Assembly: GCA_963703955.1 (NCBI GenBank)
Contig: CAVPGK010000016.1
Coordinates: 126,477 to 190,476 of the forward strand
Origin: Nitrospirota bacterium
GTDB taxonomy: Bacteria; Nitrospirota; Nitrospiria; Nitrospirales; Nitrospiraceae
Direction: 5' to 3'
Length of the DNA stretch: 64,000 nucleotides
The position numbers and the translations under genes are program-made. Shown here piece after piece: positions 8,613 to 22,615 of the stretch. Under the pieces are notes generated by a model. It did no database searches and was not told where the DNA came from. It was given only the letters and a program-made list of their open reading frames with translations. Positions within the stretch are counted from its first letter, which is position 1, and each line of letters starts with the position of its first letter.

Positions 8613-10423
8613 TGGACTCCTTCATTCTCTCCGTACTCGCACGCCCCGGGAACCTCTCATTCCCTTCTAACCGCTCTGTCGCCGGAGATTTTGCCGCCGC
8701 GGGTGGACACGTGATCCGCCAGCCGAGCGGCCATTTGATTTTTTGCGGGCCTGGGCATCGGCGAATTCTCGCGACAGACCCGGAGGGCAACCCTTTGCAT
8801 GAGTGCGAGTGGGCGGCCTCATCCACGGGGACCATGAGGCTCTCGCGAGCCCGCTTTCGCCTGGATTGGGGACAGTGGGTTGGATTAAAGCCGGGCGGAT
8901 TGGTCAACTCGACCGTGCTGGATCTCTCCAAAAAGCCTGGATGGGAACGGCTTCGAGCCGATGACCTCCGACAGATGGCTGCCCACACGCTCCATGTCCC
9001 GTTGGAAGAAGTGCGATTCTTTTACGGCGATGAAGACCTGGTGATTGATCGGCGGGGGCAGGCGACGATTCATCATCGGAAAGACGCGTTCTATGTCCTT
9101 GACGAAGGAACCTTTCACGCGCCTCCGGATCGTATCCGGTTCATGGCGTGCCTGGGGGCTATGCATTGGGAACGCATCGACTTTCTGCCGGTCGTGGAAC
9201 TCTTTCAGTCGTTGTTGCCGGGAACCGGCAGCGCCGCCTTCGAGTTGATCCGCGGACTGTACGATGATCAGAACGACACGAGATCTGAACCTCTCCCTCT
9301 CCGTTATCGGGGCATTCCAACGTATCCTTCCGAAGCCGCCTTTCGTCTGTTCGCCGGGTTTTTTGTTCCGCATGCTCCTGGAGGGGAGAGTGCGTTTGAC
9401 CTGTTCACGGAGCCTTCACGTTCCCATGAAGTCACCTGGCTCCCGACACCGGATCCCCCCCGTCGGTATTTCGACGCGGCCCACAACCTGTGCGTGACGA
9501 TCAAGGGCTCCGCGATACAGAAAGCCACGCTGGCGGATGATCCGGCAGGCTTATCATTTGTGAATGCCGGCCCCCAGGGTATTGCGCCGCATCAGCGAAG
9601 TCTCGCGGTCTCTCATGGCACGCTCGTACTGACGGACGATGAAAACCGGATGGAGTTGCCGATCAGTCCGACCTGGGGCGTGGCAGGGGACTCACAGGGG
9701 ACGAGCAGGCCGGAGGATGGGCAGTTACCTCCGTCTATGTCGGGCTGGCGTGCTCTCTTCAGCGGCACACCGCCGGAGGTCGCGCCTTTTGAGGCGTTTT
9801 CCGCGGTTCTGCTCTATCCCGATGACGACAGGGAAATCGGGGAAATTCCAACGCAGCCGTTTGTCGCCGACTATATAGAGGATCTTGTCGAGGATGTTCC
9901 CGATCTGGCATCTCGTCTTGCCCAAGCGAACGATGTGCTCATTGACAACTTCGATGCGACGCTGACCACCTGTATCAATCTCAGCCGCCCCAGAACCTAC
10001 ACGATTCTCTACCGCCACGCAGCCTACGCTCAGAAGCAAGGACAAGCGTTATGGATGCTCCTGGCTCATCAGCGGCGTCTCAATTGGATTGACCGGTTTC
10101 GGTTCTTAGAGGCGGGTACCCATCGGCAACAGATCTATCAGAAGACCTATGATGTCATCTACGAATGGGAGCCGTTTGCTCACCTCATGGAAATTGAGAA
10201 GCTGCGCGAGACAGCGGCCGCCGTCGCCAAGGCGCTGAGACCGGGAGGGCTCGCGTTTGTGGTCGGACCTTCTCACATGAACATCCCGCTTGAAGCAAAC
10301 CGGCTCCGTGTCATCCAGAGCGGCGCGGTCGAACAATTCCCCACGTTTCGGATGCACCGGTCAATCATGCCCCAAGCTCGAATCAGATCCGGCTTGACGC
10401 TGTTTCATCTCGCGAAGGGTTAA
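8612..10423 (+). CDS. Large hypothetical protein, possible degenerate methyltransferase-like C-terminus
   Basis: 603-aa ORF; GTG start overlaps the proA stop; ends with YDVIYEW...ALRPGGLAFVVGP. Confidence 0.7.
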   Translation: MDSFILSVLARPGNLSFPSNRSVAGDFAAAGGHVIRQPSGHLIFCGPGHRRILATDPEGNPLHECEWAASSTGTMRLSRARFRLDWGQWVGLKPGGLVNSTVLDLSKKPGWERLRADDLRQMAAHTLHVPLEEVRFFYGDEDLVIDRRGQATIHHRKDAFYVLDEGTFHAPPDRIRFMACLGAMHWERIDFLPVVELFQSLLPGTGSAAFELIRGLYDDQNDTRSEPLPLRYRGIPTYPSEAAFRLFAGFFVPHAPGGESAFDLFTEPSRSHEVTWLPTPDPPRRYFDAAHNLCVTIKGSAIQKATLADDPAGLSFVNAGPQGIAPHQRSLAVSHGTLVLTDDENRMELPISPTWGVAGDSQGTSRPEDGQLPPSMSGWRALFSGTPPEVAPFEAFSAVLLYPDDDREIGEIPTQPFVADYIEDLVEDVPDLASRLAQANDVLIDNFDATLTTCINLSRPRTYTILYRHAAYAQKQGQALWMLLAHQRRLNWIDRFRFLEAGTHRQQIYQKTYDVIYEWEPFAHLMEIEKLRETAAAVAKALRPGGLAFVVGPSHMNIPLEANRLRVIQSGAVEQFPTFRMHRSIMPQARIRSGLTLFHLAKG

Positions 10424-10632
10424 GGAAATTTGTTACGGCACTCACGCTCGCAGATCTTTTGTGCGGCTCGGGTCTCCGATCCAGAAGGCTGCCTCTTGTT
10501 TGACGCTCCGGCTCTTGACGGAGGCTTGTCGACAGGGCCAGCACCTGTTCCTTTCCTTCATGAACCCGTCTGGGTGTTCGACTACGGAGTTGGCGTGGAA
10601 GGTTCCACGCGGAAGCGAACCATGACACTATC

Positions 10633-10661
10633 TTGACTTGAGGGCCCATACGTTTTAAGAT
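10633..10661 (+). promoter_or_regulatory. Sigma70-type promoter of the pyr operon
   Basis: TTGACT-N17-TAAGAT directly before the PyrR leader. Confidence 0.65.
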
Positions 10662-10668
10662 GGTGTTG

Positions 10669-10700
10669 CCTTTAACGCTCATCCGGTGAGGTGAGCAAGG
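10669..10700 (+). ncRNA. PyrR-binding RNA loop (anti-antiterminator)
   Basis: CCTTTAA-CGCTC-ATCCGGTGAGGT-GAGC-AAGG fits the PyrR site consensus (CUUUAA...RUCCNGNGAGGY). Confidence 0.8.
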
Positions 10701-10745
10701 AGATCTTGATGCAGCGCGGGCGGCTGCTTTACGACAGGGGTATAC

Positions 10746-10782
10746 AACCTTCTCGTCACGCAGTGATGAGAAGGTTTTTTTT
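10746..10782 (+). terminator. Attenuator terminator of the pyr leader
   Basis: AACCTTCTCGTCAC-GCA-GTGATGAGAAGGTT followed by a T-run. Confidence 0.85.
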
Positions 10783-10880
10783 GACTTTTTTCCGGCATGG
10801 CGGGATCACTGAGACGACGCTTGACGCGAGATCGTCTGAACCGGCGATTCGGAGCATTTCCAGGATCCAGTGAGACGTAG

Positions 10881-11453
<573 letters not shown>

Positions 11454-11556
11454 TGATCGTCGCCATGCGCAAGAGGTCAAACTCTGAGGCCGCAGCCAAG
11501 GCGACCCGACGACGATGCCGGTGGTCGTGTGAGACGCTTGTAAACGGAGGCACGCG

Positions 11557-12480
11557 ATGAGCCTCAAGCAAAAGGATTTGATCAGCATCGCTTCGTTATC
11601 GACCGATGAACTCAAGCTGATTCTCGAAACGGCCGACTCATTCAAGGAGGTGACCGGCCGCGAGATCAAAAAGGTGCCGGCGCTGAGAGGGAAGACGGTC
11701 GTGAATCTGTTTTGTGAGCCCAGCACTCGCACCCGCACCTCATTCGAGCTGGCCGCTAAACGCCTCAGTGCGGATGTCATCAATTTCTCGCCGTCCGACA
11801 GCAGTATCGTGAAAGGGGAAACGCTGCTCGATACGGCGCGCAATATCGAAGCGATGCAGGCCGACATCATTGTGCTTCGCCATCCTGCGGCGGGGGCCGC
11901 CGACACTTTGGCGAAGGGCGTGAAGTCGTCCGTCATCAACGCGGGCGACGGCTGGCACGAGCATCCGACCCAGGCTCTCCTTGATTTGTTCACCTTGCGA
12001 GAAAAGAAACTCGAATTCAAAGGCCTCCGCGTGGCGATCGTCGGCGATGTCGCGCATAGCCGAGTCGCGCGTTCCAACATTTATGCGTTCACCAAGTTGG
12101 GTGTGGAAGTCAGAGCGGTCGGTCCGCCGACGATGATGCCGGCTTTTCTGGAACGGCTGGGAGTTCGCGTCTACTACGATCTCGATGAGGCCCTGCGCGG
12201 AGTGGATGTCATTATGATGCTGCGCTTGCAACTCGAGCGACAAGGGCGCGCGCAGTTCCCCACGATCCGAGAATATTCCCGCTTGTATGGATTGACCGCC
12301 GAGCGATTGAAGCTGGCGGATTCCGGGGCGCTCGTGATGCATCCGGGCCCGATCAATCGAGGGGTCGAGATTGCGCCGGATGTTGCGGACAGCTTTTCAT
12401 CGGTCATTCTCGACCAGGTCGCGAACGGCGTAGCCGTGCGGATGGGCGTGCTGTATTTGCTCTCAGGAGCAGGCAATTGA
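11557..12480 (+). CDS. pyrB: Aspartate carbamoyltransferase catalytic subunit
   Basis: EPSTRTRTSFE, NAGDGWHEHPTQALLD, MHPGPINRG. Confidence 0.97.
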   Translation: MSLKQKDLISIASLSTDELKLILETADSFKEVTGREIKKVPALRGKTVVNLFCEPSTRTRTSFELAAKRLSADVINFSPSDSSIVKGETLLDTARNIEAMQADIIVLRHPAAGAADTLAKGVKSSVINAGDGWHEHPTQALLDLFTLREKKLEFKGLRVAIVGDVAHSRVARSNIYAFTKLGVEVRAVGPPTMMPAFLERLGVRVYYDLDEALRGVDVIMMLRLQLERQGRAQFPTIREYSRLYGLTAERLKLADSGALVMHPGPINRGVEIAPDVADSFSSVILDQVANGVAVRMGVLYLLSGAGN

Positions 12481-12520
12481 AGAATTTATAGATATAGTGA
12501 TGGCCTGATTTGCTGATTTC

Positions 12521-13849
12521 ATGAACGAAGACCTGAATCATCAAATGATCAAATCGACAAATCAACAGATTCTTATTCGCGGCGGACATGTGATCGATCC
12601 CGGACGCGTGAACGGGCCGGCCGACGTGCTCATCGAGGACGGCAAGATAGTCGCGGTCGGACAGCATGCGACGGCGATCAAACATGGGAACGGTTCGCCG
12701 ACCGTCATCGATGCGACCGGCAAGCTGGTTCTACCCGGTTTCGTGGATCTGCATGTCCATCTCAGAGAACCCGGGTTTGAATACAAGGAAACAATCCAAA
12801 CCGGAACCGCCGCAGCCGTGGCTGGAGGATTTACCTCCGTGTGCTGCATGCCGAACACCGTTCCGGTCAACGACAACCAAGCCATCACGGAATTTATCCT
12901 CGAGCAAGCGCAGGCCGCTGGCAACGCTCGGGTGTTTCCGGTTGGAGCCATCACCAAAGGATCGGAAGGAAAAGAGCTGGCAGAGATCGGGGATCTTCGC
13001 GTGGCCGGGTGCGTCGCCATTTCGGACGACGGAATGCCGGTGATGAACAGCCTCGTCATGCGACGCGCCATGGAATATGCTCTGGCCTTCGATCTCCCGG
13101 TCGTCGATCACTGCGAAGACCTGCATTTGTCGGAAGACGGGTGCATGAACGAAGGCCTGGTCTCGACCCAGCTCGGCCTCCAGGGTATTCCGGCGGCGGC
13201 CGAGGACGTCATGGTGGCGCGGAACCTGGCCCTCGCCCAACTTACGGGGGCCCGACTCCACCTTGCGCACCTCAGTACGGCCGGCTCGGTTCGGATGGTT
13301 CGGGAAGCCAAGGGGCGAGGTATCCGCGTGACCGCGGAAGCCTGCCCGCATCACTTTACCCTGACCGAAGAGGCGGTGCGCGGCTTCAACACACTCGCGA
13401 AAATGAATCCGCCGCTTCGAACTTGGGAGGATGTGCAAGCCATCAAAGACGGGCTTCGGGATGGAACCATCGATGTCATTGCGACGGACCATGCCCCTCA
13501 TGCAGCTCAGGAGAAACAACAGGAGTTCGCCGCCGCTCCGAACGGCATCGTCGGACTTGAGACCGCACTTCCCTTGACCCTCGCGCTCGTCGAGGAAGGG
13601 ATTCTGTCTCTTGAGACCGCAGTGGCTAAACTGACGACCGAGCCGGCGCGGGCGTTCGGTTTGAGCACAGGCACCCTGGCGCCGGGATCAGAAGCCGACG
13701 TCGTCGTGGTCGATCAGATGGAACACTGGGAAGTGGATCCTTCCCGTTTCCGTTCCAGAAGCCGCAACACCCCATTCGCCGGATGGAAGGTCAGAGGCCG
13801 TGTCCATGCCACCCTCGTCGGTGGCCGAGTCGTCTATGGCGCCACCTAG
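12521..13849 (+). CDS. pyrC: Dihydroorotase
   Basis: PGFVDLHVHLREPG, MPNT, KMNPPLR, ATDHAPH. Confidence 0.96.
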   Translation: MNEDLNHQMIKSTNQQILIRGGHVIDPGRVNGPADVLIEDGKIVAVGQHATAIKHGNGSPTVIDATGKLVLPGFVDLHVHLREPGFEYKETIQTGTAAAVAGGFTSVCCMPNTVPVNDNQAITEFILEQAQAAGNARVFPVGAITKGSEGKELAEIGDLRVAGCVAISDDGMPVMNSLVMRRAMEYALAFDLPVVDHCEDLHLSEDGCMNEGLVSTQLGLQGIPAAAEDVMVARNLALAQLTGARLHLAHLSTAGSVRMVREAKGRGIRVTAEACPHHFTLTEEAVRGFNTLAKMNPPLRTWEDVQAIKDGLRDGTIDVIATDHAPHAAQEKQQEFAAAPNGIVGLETALPLTLALVEEGILSLETAVAKLTTEPARAFGLSTGTLAPGSEADVVVVDQMEHWEVDPSRFRSRSRNTPFAGWKVRGRVHATLVGGRVVYGAT

Positions 13850-13855
13850 CGTGTC

Positions 13856-14392
13856 ATGGAGATTGCGCGGGCGATCAGGCGGGGAGTCGTGGCATGTCAT
13901 ACCTGTGAGATGGTGGCGCTGGCGATCTGGATCGGCGGGCTTGTGGTCATCATCGGTTCGGTCATTCCGGCCGTCTTTAATTCGTTTGGGATGGAACCGG
14001 GAGGACGATTCCTGACAAGGGTCTTTGACGGGTATAATCGGTTAGTCATGGCCGCCATCGTGCTCCTGGTTAGCGCCGGCTCGTTTCGACTGTGGGCCGC
14101 TGCACGGTACAGGCTGGCGGAGGTCGCCCTCACCCGACCGGAGGTTTTCCTTCTCTCCCTGATGATCGCGATCGCGCTCCTGATTGTGATCGTGATGGGA
14201 CCGACCGCGGTCAAGTTACAAGAGGAGGCCTTTGCCATCAAGGAGGAGGTTGCACGGAAGGCGGCCTACGCGGCTTTTTTCAGGACCCATATGGTTGTTC
14301 GTGGTCTGTATCTGGTAAATCTGATCCTGGGCATCGTCCTTGTCGCCGTGAAGCTCAGGTCCGTTCTGAGACCTTACACCGTCACGTCATGA
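13856..14392 (+). CDS. DUF4149-like membrane protein
   Basis: Four hydrophobic helices; IWIGG..IPAVF motif; stop overlaps the carA ATG. Confidence 0.7.
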   Translation: MEIARAIRRGVVACHTCEMVALAIWIGGLVVIIGSVIPAVFNSFGMEPGGRFLTRVFDGYNRLVMAAIVLLVSAGSFRLWAAARYRLAEVALTRPEVFLLSLMIAIALLIVIVMGPTAVKLQEEAFAIKEEVARKAAYAAFFRTHMVVRGLYLVNLILGIVLVAVKLRSVLRPYTVTS

Positions 14393-15564
14393 ACAAGGCC
14401 ATTCTTGCCCTCGCAGACGGTACGGTCTTTGAGGGTCGCGCATTGGGGTTTCCAGGCGAAGCCATTGGAGAAGTCGTCTTCAATACGGCGATGACCGGGT
14501 ATCAAGAGATTTTGACCGACCCGTCCTATAAAGGACAGATCGTGACCATGACCTGCCCGCACATCGGCAACTACGGGATCGCGCGAGGAGACTGCGAATC
14601 CCGACGTCTGTGGGCGAACGGCTTTATCGTCAAAGAATCCAGCCGGCGGCCTAGTAATTGGCGTGCCGAGCAGTCACTTGACGCCTCATTGAATGAAGGT
14701 CGTATCGTCGGCATCGAAGGCCTGGATACGCGCCATCTGACCCGACACCTCCGCGACGCCGGCTCGCAGCAAGGGATCATCTCACATGCGGACCTGGACC
14801 CCGCCCGAGCCGTGGAGAAAGCACGAAACGCCCCCGGCATTGTGGGACGTGATCTGGTTGCGGAGGTCACCTGTGAGAAGGCGTATGAATGGACGGAAGG
14901 ATCGGGAGTGTGGACCCCGCATACGGACGGTGAGGGCAGCCAGGACACCGCCCCTCGACCATTCCGAGTCGTCGTCTTCGACTTCGGCGTCAAACAGAAC
15001 ATTCTCCGCCGGTTGGTGGACGTCGGCTGCGCGGTGACCGTGTTGCCGGCCTCAACGCCGGCCGAGACGGTCATGGAGATGAACCCGGACGGGGTGGTCC
15101 TGTCCAACGGACCTGGAGATCCTGAGGGCGTGCCGTATGCGATCAAGACCGTGCAGTCACTTATCGGTCGGTACCCGATCCTGGGGATCTGCCTGGGGCA
15201 TCAGATTCTGGGCTTGGCCATGGGCCTACACACGTATAAGTTGAAGTTCGGTCACCACGCCGCCAATCATCCGGTCATGGACGTTCGGACACGAAAGGTG
15301 GAGATTACCTCGCAGAACCATAATTTCGCGGTCCGGATTCCCGGTCTGGACGCGTGCAGCAACCCGGCCCCGGTTGTCCGGACGCCGTACGGTCGGCTGA
15401 TGATCAGCCACATGAGTCTGAACGATGACTCCATTGAGGGCATGGTCTGCCTTGATCAACCGGTGTTGTCTGTCCAGTATCATCCGGAGGCCTCACCCGG
15501 ACCGCATGACTCAGCCTATCTTTTCAAGCAGTATACCGACATGATGGAGAAGAACCATGCGTAG
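14389..15564 (+). CDS. carA: Carbamoyl-phosphate synthase small subunit
   Basis: GEVVFNTAMTGYQEILTDPSY, LSNGPGDP, GICLGHQ, QYHPEASPGPHD. Confidence 0.97.
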   Translation: MNKAILALADGTVFEGRALGFPGEAIGEVVFNTAMTGYQEILTDPSYKGQIVTMTCPHIGNYGIARGDCESRRLWANGFIVKESSRRPSNWRAEQSLDASLNEGRIVGIEGLDTRHLTRHLRDAGSQQGIISHADLDPARAVEKARNAPGIVGRDLVAEVTCEKAYEWTEGSGVWTPHTDGEGSQDTAPRPFRVVVFDFGVKQNILRRLVDVGCAVTVLPASTPAETVMEMNPDGVVLSNGPGDPEGVPYAIKTVQSLIGRYPILGICLGHQILGLAMGLHTYKLKFGHHAANHPVMDVRTRKVEITSQNHNFAVRIPGLDACSNPAPVVRTPYGRLMISHMSLNDDSIEGMVCLDQPVLSVQYHPEASPGPHDSAYLFKQYTDMMEKNHA

Positions 15565-16630
15565 CTGGATTCTGAAGCGGATTCACAACGTCGTTGTGCC
15601 CTGGCCGACGTTGTCTCAGGAAAGGTCCCAGACCGGCGCCTCTAGCCGGTCGTGGACGGCCTTGCCGAAGAGACGGGCAGGTGGGGCCTTTTCTCTCGCC
15701 ACATTGGGGGTGGCGCTCCTCTCCGGATGCGTGACCGTCAATCTGTTGCCGGCACCCGGCCCCTTGGAAGAAAAACGACTCAGCGGGACCGGCGCCGAAA
15801 AGGTCTTGATCATGGATATCTCCGGTTTGATCAGCTCTCAGGAGGTGGGCGGGCTGATCGAACGTCCGAATATGGTGGCACAGATCAAGGAGGAACTCAC
15901 ACGCGCCGCGGACGACCCCGATCTGAAGGCGTTGGTGTTACGGATCAACAGTCCTGGCGGAACGGTCACGGCCTCGGATATTATCCATCATGAACTGCGC
16001 GCCTTCCGGCAGAAACGGCGCATTCCCGTGATCGCCTCGATCATGGATGTCGGCGCCAGCGGCGGGTACTACATAGCGGTCGCCGCCGACAAGATCGTCA
16101 TCCACCCGTCTTCGGTCACCGGCAGCGTCGGGGTGATCATGATGACGCTCAATGCGCGCGGCCTACTGGAGAAGATCGGGGTGGAAGCGAATGCCGTGAC
16201 CTCCGGACCCAAGAAGGATATGGGGTCGCCCTTCAGAGCGATGACCGATGAGGAGCGAGGGATCTTTCAGGGATTGATCACATCCTTTTATGAGCGGTTT
16301 CTCACGGTTGTGAAAGAAGGCCGGCGGAATCTTTCCTCCGACCAGATTCGAAAGATGGCGGACGGGCGGATCTATACGGGCGAGCAGGCCAGCGTCCTAG
16401 GCCTGGTCGACCAGGTCGGCTATCTGGATGACGCCATAGAGTTGGCGAAACGCGATGCGGGCATCAAGGAAGCCCGGGTTGTCATGTACCGTCGGCCCGG
16501 CGAATACCGGCACAACATCTATTCCCAATTTCTTGGCGGGGGAAGCAGCTTGTCGGGGCTGGTCAACCTGGACCTTCTGTCAATGGTCCGCGCGGGCGCC
16601 CCTCAATTTATGTATCTTTGGATGCCGTGA
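15557..16630 (+). CDS. sppA: Signal peptide peptidase (S49), probable lipoprotein
   Basis: LRINSPGGTV, ASGGYYIA, TGSVGVI, DGRIYTG; lipobox LSGC; true start may be downstream. Confidence 0.9.
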   Translation: MRSWILKRIHNVVVPWPTLSQERSQTGASSRSWTALPKRRAGGAFSLATLGVALLSGCVTVNLLPAPGPLEEKRLSGTGAEKVLIMDISGLISSQEVGGLIERPNMVAQIKEELTRAADDPDLKALVLRINSPGGTVTASDIIHHELRAFRQKRRIPVIASIMDVGASGGYYIAVAADKIVIHPSSVTGSVGVIMMTLNARGLLEKIGVEANAVTSGPKKDMGSPFRAMTDEERGIFQGLITSFYERFLTVVKEGRRNLSSDQIRKMADGRIYTGEQASVLGLVDQVGYLDDAIELAKRDAGIKEARVVMYRRPGEYRHNIYSQFLGGGSSLSGLVNLDLLSMVRAGAPQFMYLWMP

Positions 16631-17637
16631 CTAGAAGGGTGACTCATACGCAGGGCACCATCGACTCCATGAATCAACCAGCAATCACGCCATTGGCGGA
16701 CGGCTCTTGTGAGCGCCTGTTGACCGCCGAGGTGAATCGACGAACGCTTCTGCTCCTCGGACTGCAGGGAGTCTTGTGCGTGTCCGCCTCATCCGGTCTT
16801 CTCGCCGCGCTCGCCGGATGTTACAAGGCGCCTGGGACGGCCCGCGATCAATTGATTTTTATCTCTGAAGAAAAAGAGATGGCGATGGGAGTGAAAGCAT
16901 TCCATGAGGTATTGAGGGAGGCCCGTCTCAACGAAAATCCGGAACTGAACGAAATGGTGCATCGCGTCGGCGAGCGCATTGCCACCGCCGCGAACAAGCC
17001 GGAATACCACTGGGAATTTGCCATCATTCAGGACGACCGCATTGTCAATGCCTTTGCGTTGCCGGGAGGGAAGGTTGCCGTCTTCACCGGTTTGTTGAAG
17101 TACACGAAAACGGAAGCGGGGCTGGCAACCGTGATGGGGCACGAGGTTGCGCACGCGCTGCAGCGGCATGGAGCCGAGCGCGTGAGCCGGGGGATTTTGG
17201 AACAGATCGCCCAGCTCGGGGCGTTGGCAGGCGCCGCTGCCGGTCACGTGGACCCCGGAGTGGCGATTGGAGCCATGAGCGCTTACGGCGTCGGGGTTTC
17301 GTTGCCGTTCAATCGGAGGCAGGAATCGGAAGCTGATTACATCGGCCTGCGCCTGATGGCGCAGGCCGGCTATGATCCACGCGAAGCGGTCCCGTTCTGG
17401 GAGCGCATGAGCGGGTGTCCGAGAAACATGATCGGAAAATTGTGCTTCCGGTCCCAGGCGGCGATTCCGGAATTTCTCTCGACCCATCCGTCCGACATCA
17501 CGCGTATCAACCAGATCGAGCAATGGACTCCGGACGCCTTACGATACTACAAACCGTCGGGTACACCCTCACCATTGCCGGCGCCCATCGTGCCGCCGCG
17601 CGTACCGGACTTTGCCCCCGAACTGAGGATCGGCTAA
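16618..17637 (+). CDS. M48 family metallopeptidase
   Basis: NAFALPGGK, HEVAH zinc motif, ESEADYIG, FLSTHP. Confidence 0.92.
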   Translation: MDAVTRRVTHTQGTIDSMNQPAITPLADGSCERLLTAEVNRRTLLLLGLQGVLCVSASSGLLAALAGCYKAPGTARDQLIFISEEKEMAMGVKAFHEVLREARLNENPELNEMVHRVGERIATAANKPEYHWEFAIIQDDRIVNAFALPGGKVAVFTGLLKYTKTEAGLATVMGHEVAHALQRHGAERVSRGILEQIAQLGALAGAAAGHVDPGVAIGAMSAYGVGVSLPFNRRQESEADYIGLRLMAQAGYDPREAVPFWERMSGCPRNMIGKLCFRSQAAIPEFLSTHPSDITRINQIEQWTPDALRYYKPSGTPSPLPAPIVPPRVPDFAPELRIG

Positions 17638-17709
17638 AGGCGTGAGTGGGTAAGAACGTACTGGATGAGGAGCGCCACACCCAGCGCTCAGCATTCGAGG
17701 CGAGAGAGC

Positions 17710-21009
<3,300 letters not shown>

Positions 21010-21108
21010 GCGGGGCGTCGCGGTTAGAGGCGAGGGGTTGGGAGCCTAGAGAGTTCTTGGCTCCCGTCCTTGGCCTCGTGCCCTCCGCCTTGCATCCGGA
21101 GAGGAATC

Positions 21109-21585
21109 ATGCCGACACCTATTACGAAGAAAGGTTATGAGGCACTCAAGACGGAACTGGACCGTTTGCGAAAGGTGGAGCGACCAAAAGTAATTGAGGC
21201 GATTGCCGAGGCGCGATCGCATGGAGACTTGAGTGAAAACGCGGAGTACGAGGCGGCGAAGGAGCGGCAGGGCTTCATCGAGGCACGAATGAGCGAGCTG
21301 GAGCGGAAGTTGGCGGATGCCCGGATCATTGATACGGCTAACCTCTCCAGCGAGACCGTTGTCTTTGGGGCGACCGTGGTGTTGATCGAGCTGCAGTCCC
21401 AGCAAAAAAAACAATATACCCTTGTGGGCCAGGACGAGGCCGATCTGAAAAACGGAAAAATTTCAGTCCAATCGCCGGTCGGCAAGGCGCTCATCGGCCG
21501 CCGAGCCGGGGATCAGGTGGAAGTGACGACCCCCGCCAAAGTCGTGGAGTATGAGGTCGTCGAAATCCGCTTCGATGAACTGTAA
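21109..21585 (+). CDS. greA: Transcription elongation factor GreA
   Basis: [32 protein letters not shown]. Confidence 0.97.
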   Translation: MPTPITKKGYEALKTELDRLRKVERPKVIEAIAEARSHGDLSENAEYEAAKERQGFIEARMSELERKLADARIIDTANLSSETVVFGATVVLIELQSQQKKQYTLVGQDEADLKNGKISVQSPVGKALIGRRAGDQVEVTTPAKVVEYEVVEIRFDEL

Positions 21586-21845
21586 CGGATGCTGAAAATG
21601 GTGGGCGACCCGACCATGAATGGCTTCGTTCTCGGTCTTTGCGCGACTCGCGTATTCGAAGTACACCTGGGCGTTCAAACTCCCTGCGCCTCGTTTCCTC
21701 GTAAGGGGATGATGCGCTCCCTGGGAAAAAGGGCTTGTCTTGGCAGGCTTAGGGCGGGAGGGTGAAATGGCGCCCGGGGCAGGCAGGTGTGATTGGCTTG
21801 GGCTTTGTGAGCATTCCTAGACTCGAGCAAGAAGAGAACGACGCC

Positions 21846-22058
21846 ATGAAGTCGTTGAAAGTGTTTATGTGGTGGTTCGTGGTGGGGGCGATGATGGCCT
21901 TGTCGGTCATCATGCTCCAGGGCGGAATTCAACAAGTCATGCAGGCTCGAGGTCCGCTATGGGATGTCAAATTGGTGGAATTGTTTACGGCCATTATGGG
22001 CGGAGGATTGCTGGGAGGCTGCATTGCATTGATCTTGGATCGAATTAGAAAACCATAG
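21846..22058 (+). CDS. Small two-TM hypothetical protein
   Basis: MKSLKVFMWWFVVGAMM...; two hydrophobic segments. Confidence 0.55.
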   Translation: MKSLKVFMWWFVVGAMMALSVIMLQGGIQQVMQARGPLWDVKLVELFTAIMGGGLLGGCIALILDRIRKP

Positions 22059-22148
22059 CGCAGAGCCAGAGGCAGAAAAGTGAACGATTCAACGTGTCTG
22101 CATGCCGCGCATTGAATGTTGCGTTCATAATTCTCATTGGGTGAAGAG

Positions 22149-22574
22149 ATGGATTTGGAGATCGGGTCAAATCTCTATCGCAATACGGACGGGACAGTGG
22201 AGATCGAAGGAATGCCTCAGATGACGGTTACACTGAGGAAACCGGAGGGGCCGATCCTCGTCAACTTTGTCATGTTCGACGGGACCGGACGGCTAATCAC
22301 CAAAGTGATCGACAGCACGATGGCCTTCAACGAACGACGCGAGCATGAATTAGAGCGGACGCCCACCAAGGTCGTGCTGACGCATACGAACTCCAAGAAA
22401 ATCGTCCTACAGGTGGAGTGCAAGGAGCCGGGACGTGTGATGGTCAATCATGGGGGATTTCTGACGATCAAGGGGCATCAGATGGAAATTACCCCCACTG
22501 AATGGCGTGTCGAAAAAATAAAGATGAGCCAAGCCGATCAGGATGTAAAAGGAGGCGCCGTCGTCTTGGGCTAG
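22149..22574 (+). CDS. Hypothetical beta-rich protein
   Basis: 141-aa ORF MDLEIGSNLYRNTDG... Confidence 0.6.
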   Translation: MDLEIGSNLYRNTDGTVEIEGMPQMTVTLRKPEGPILVNFVMFDGTGRLITKVIDSTMAFNERREHELERTPTKVVLTHTNSKKIVLQVECKEPGRVMVNHGGFLTIKGHQMEITPTEWRVEKIKMSQADQDVKGGAVVLG

Positions 22575-22615
22575 CTCGGCAAGAGTCGCGCTCTTGCCGA
22601 GCCCCAGAGGTCCGG

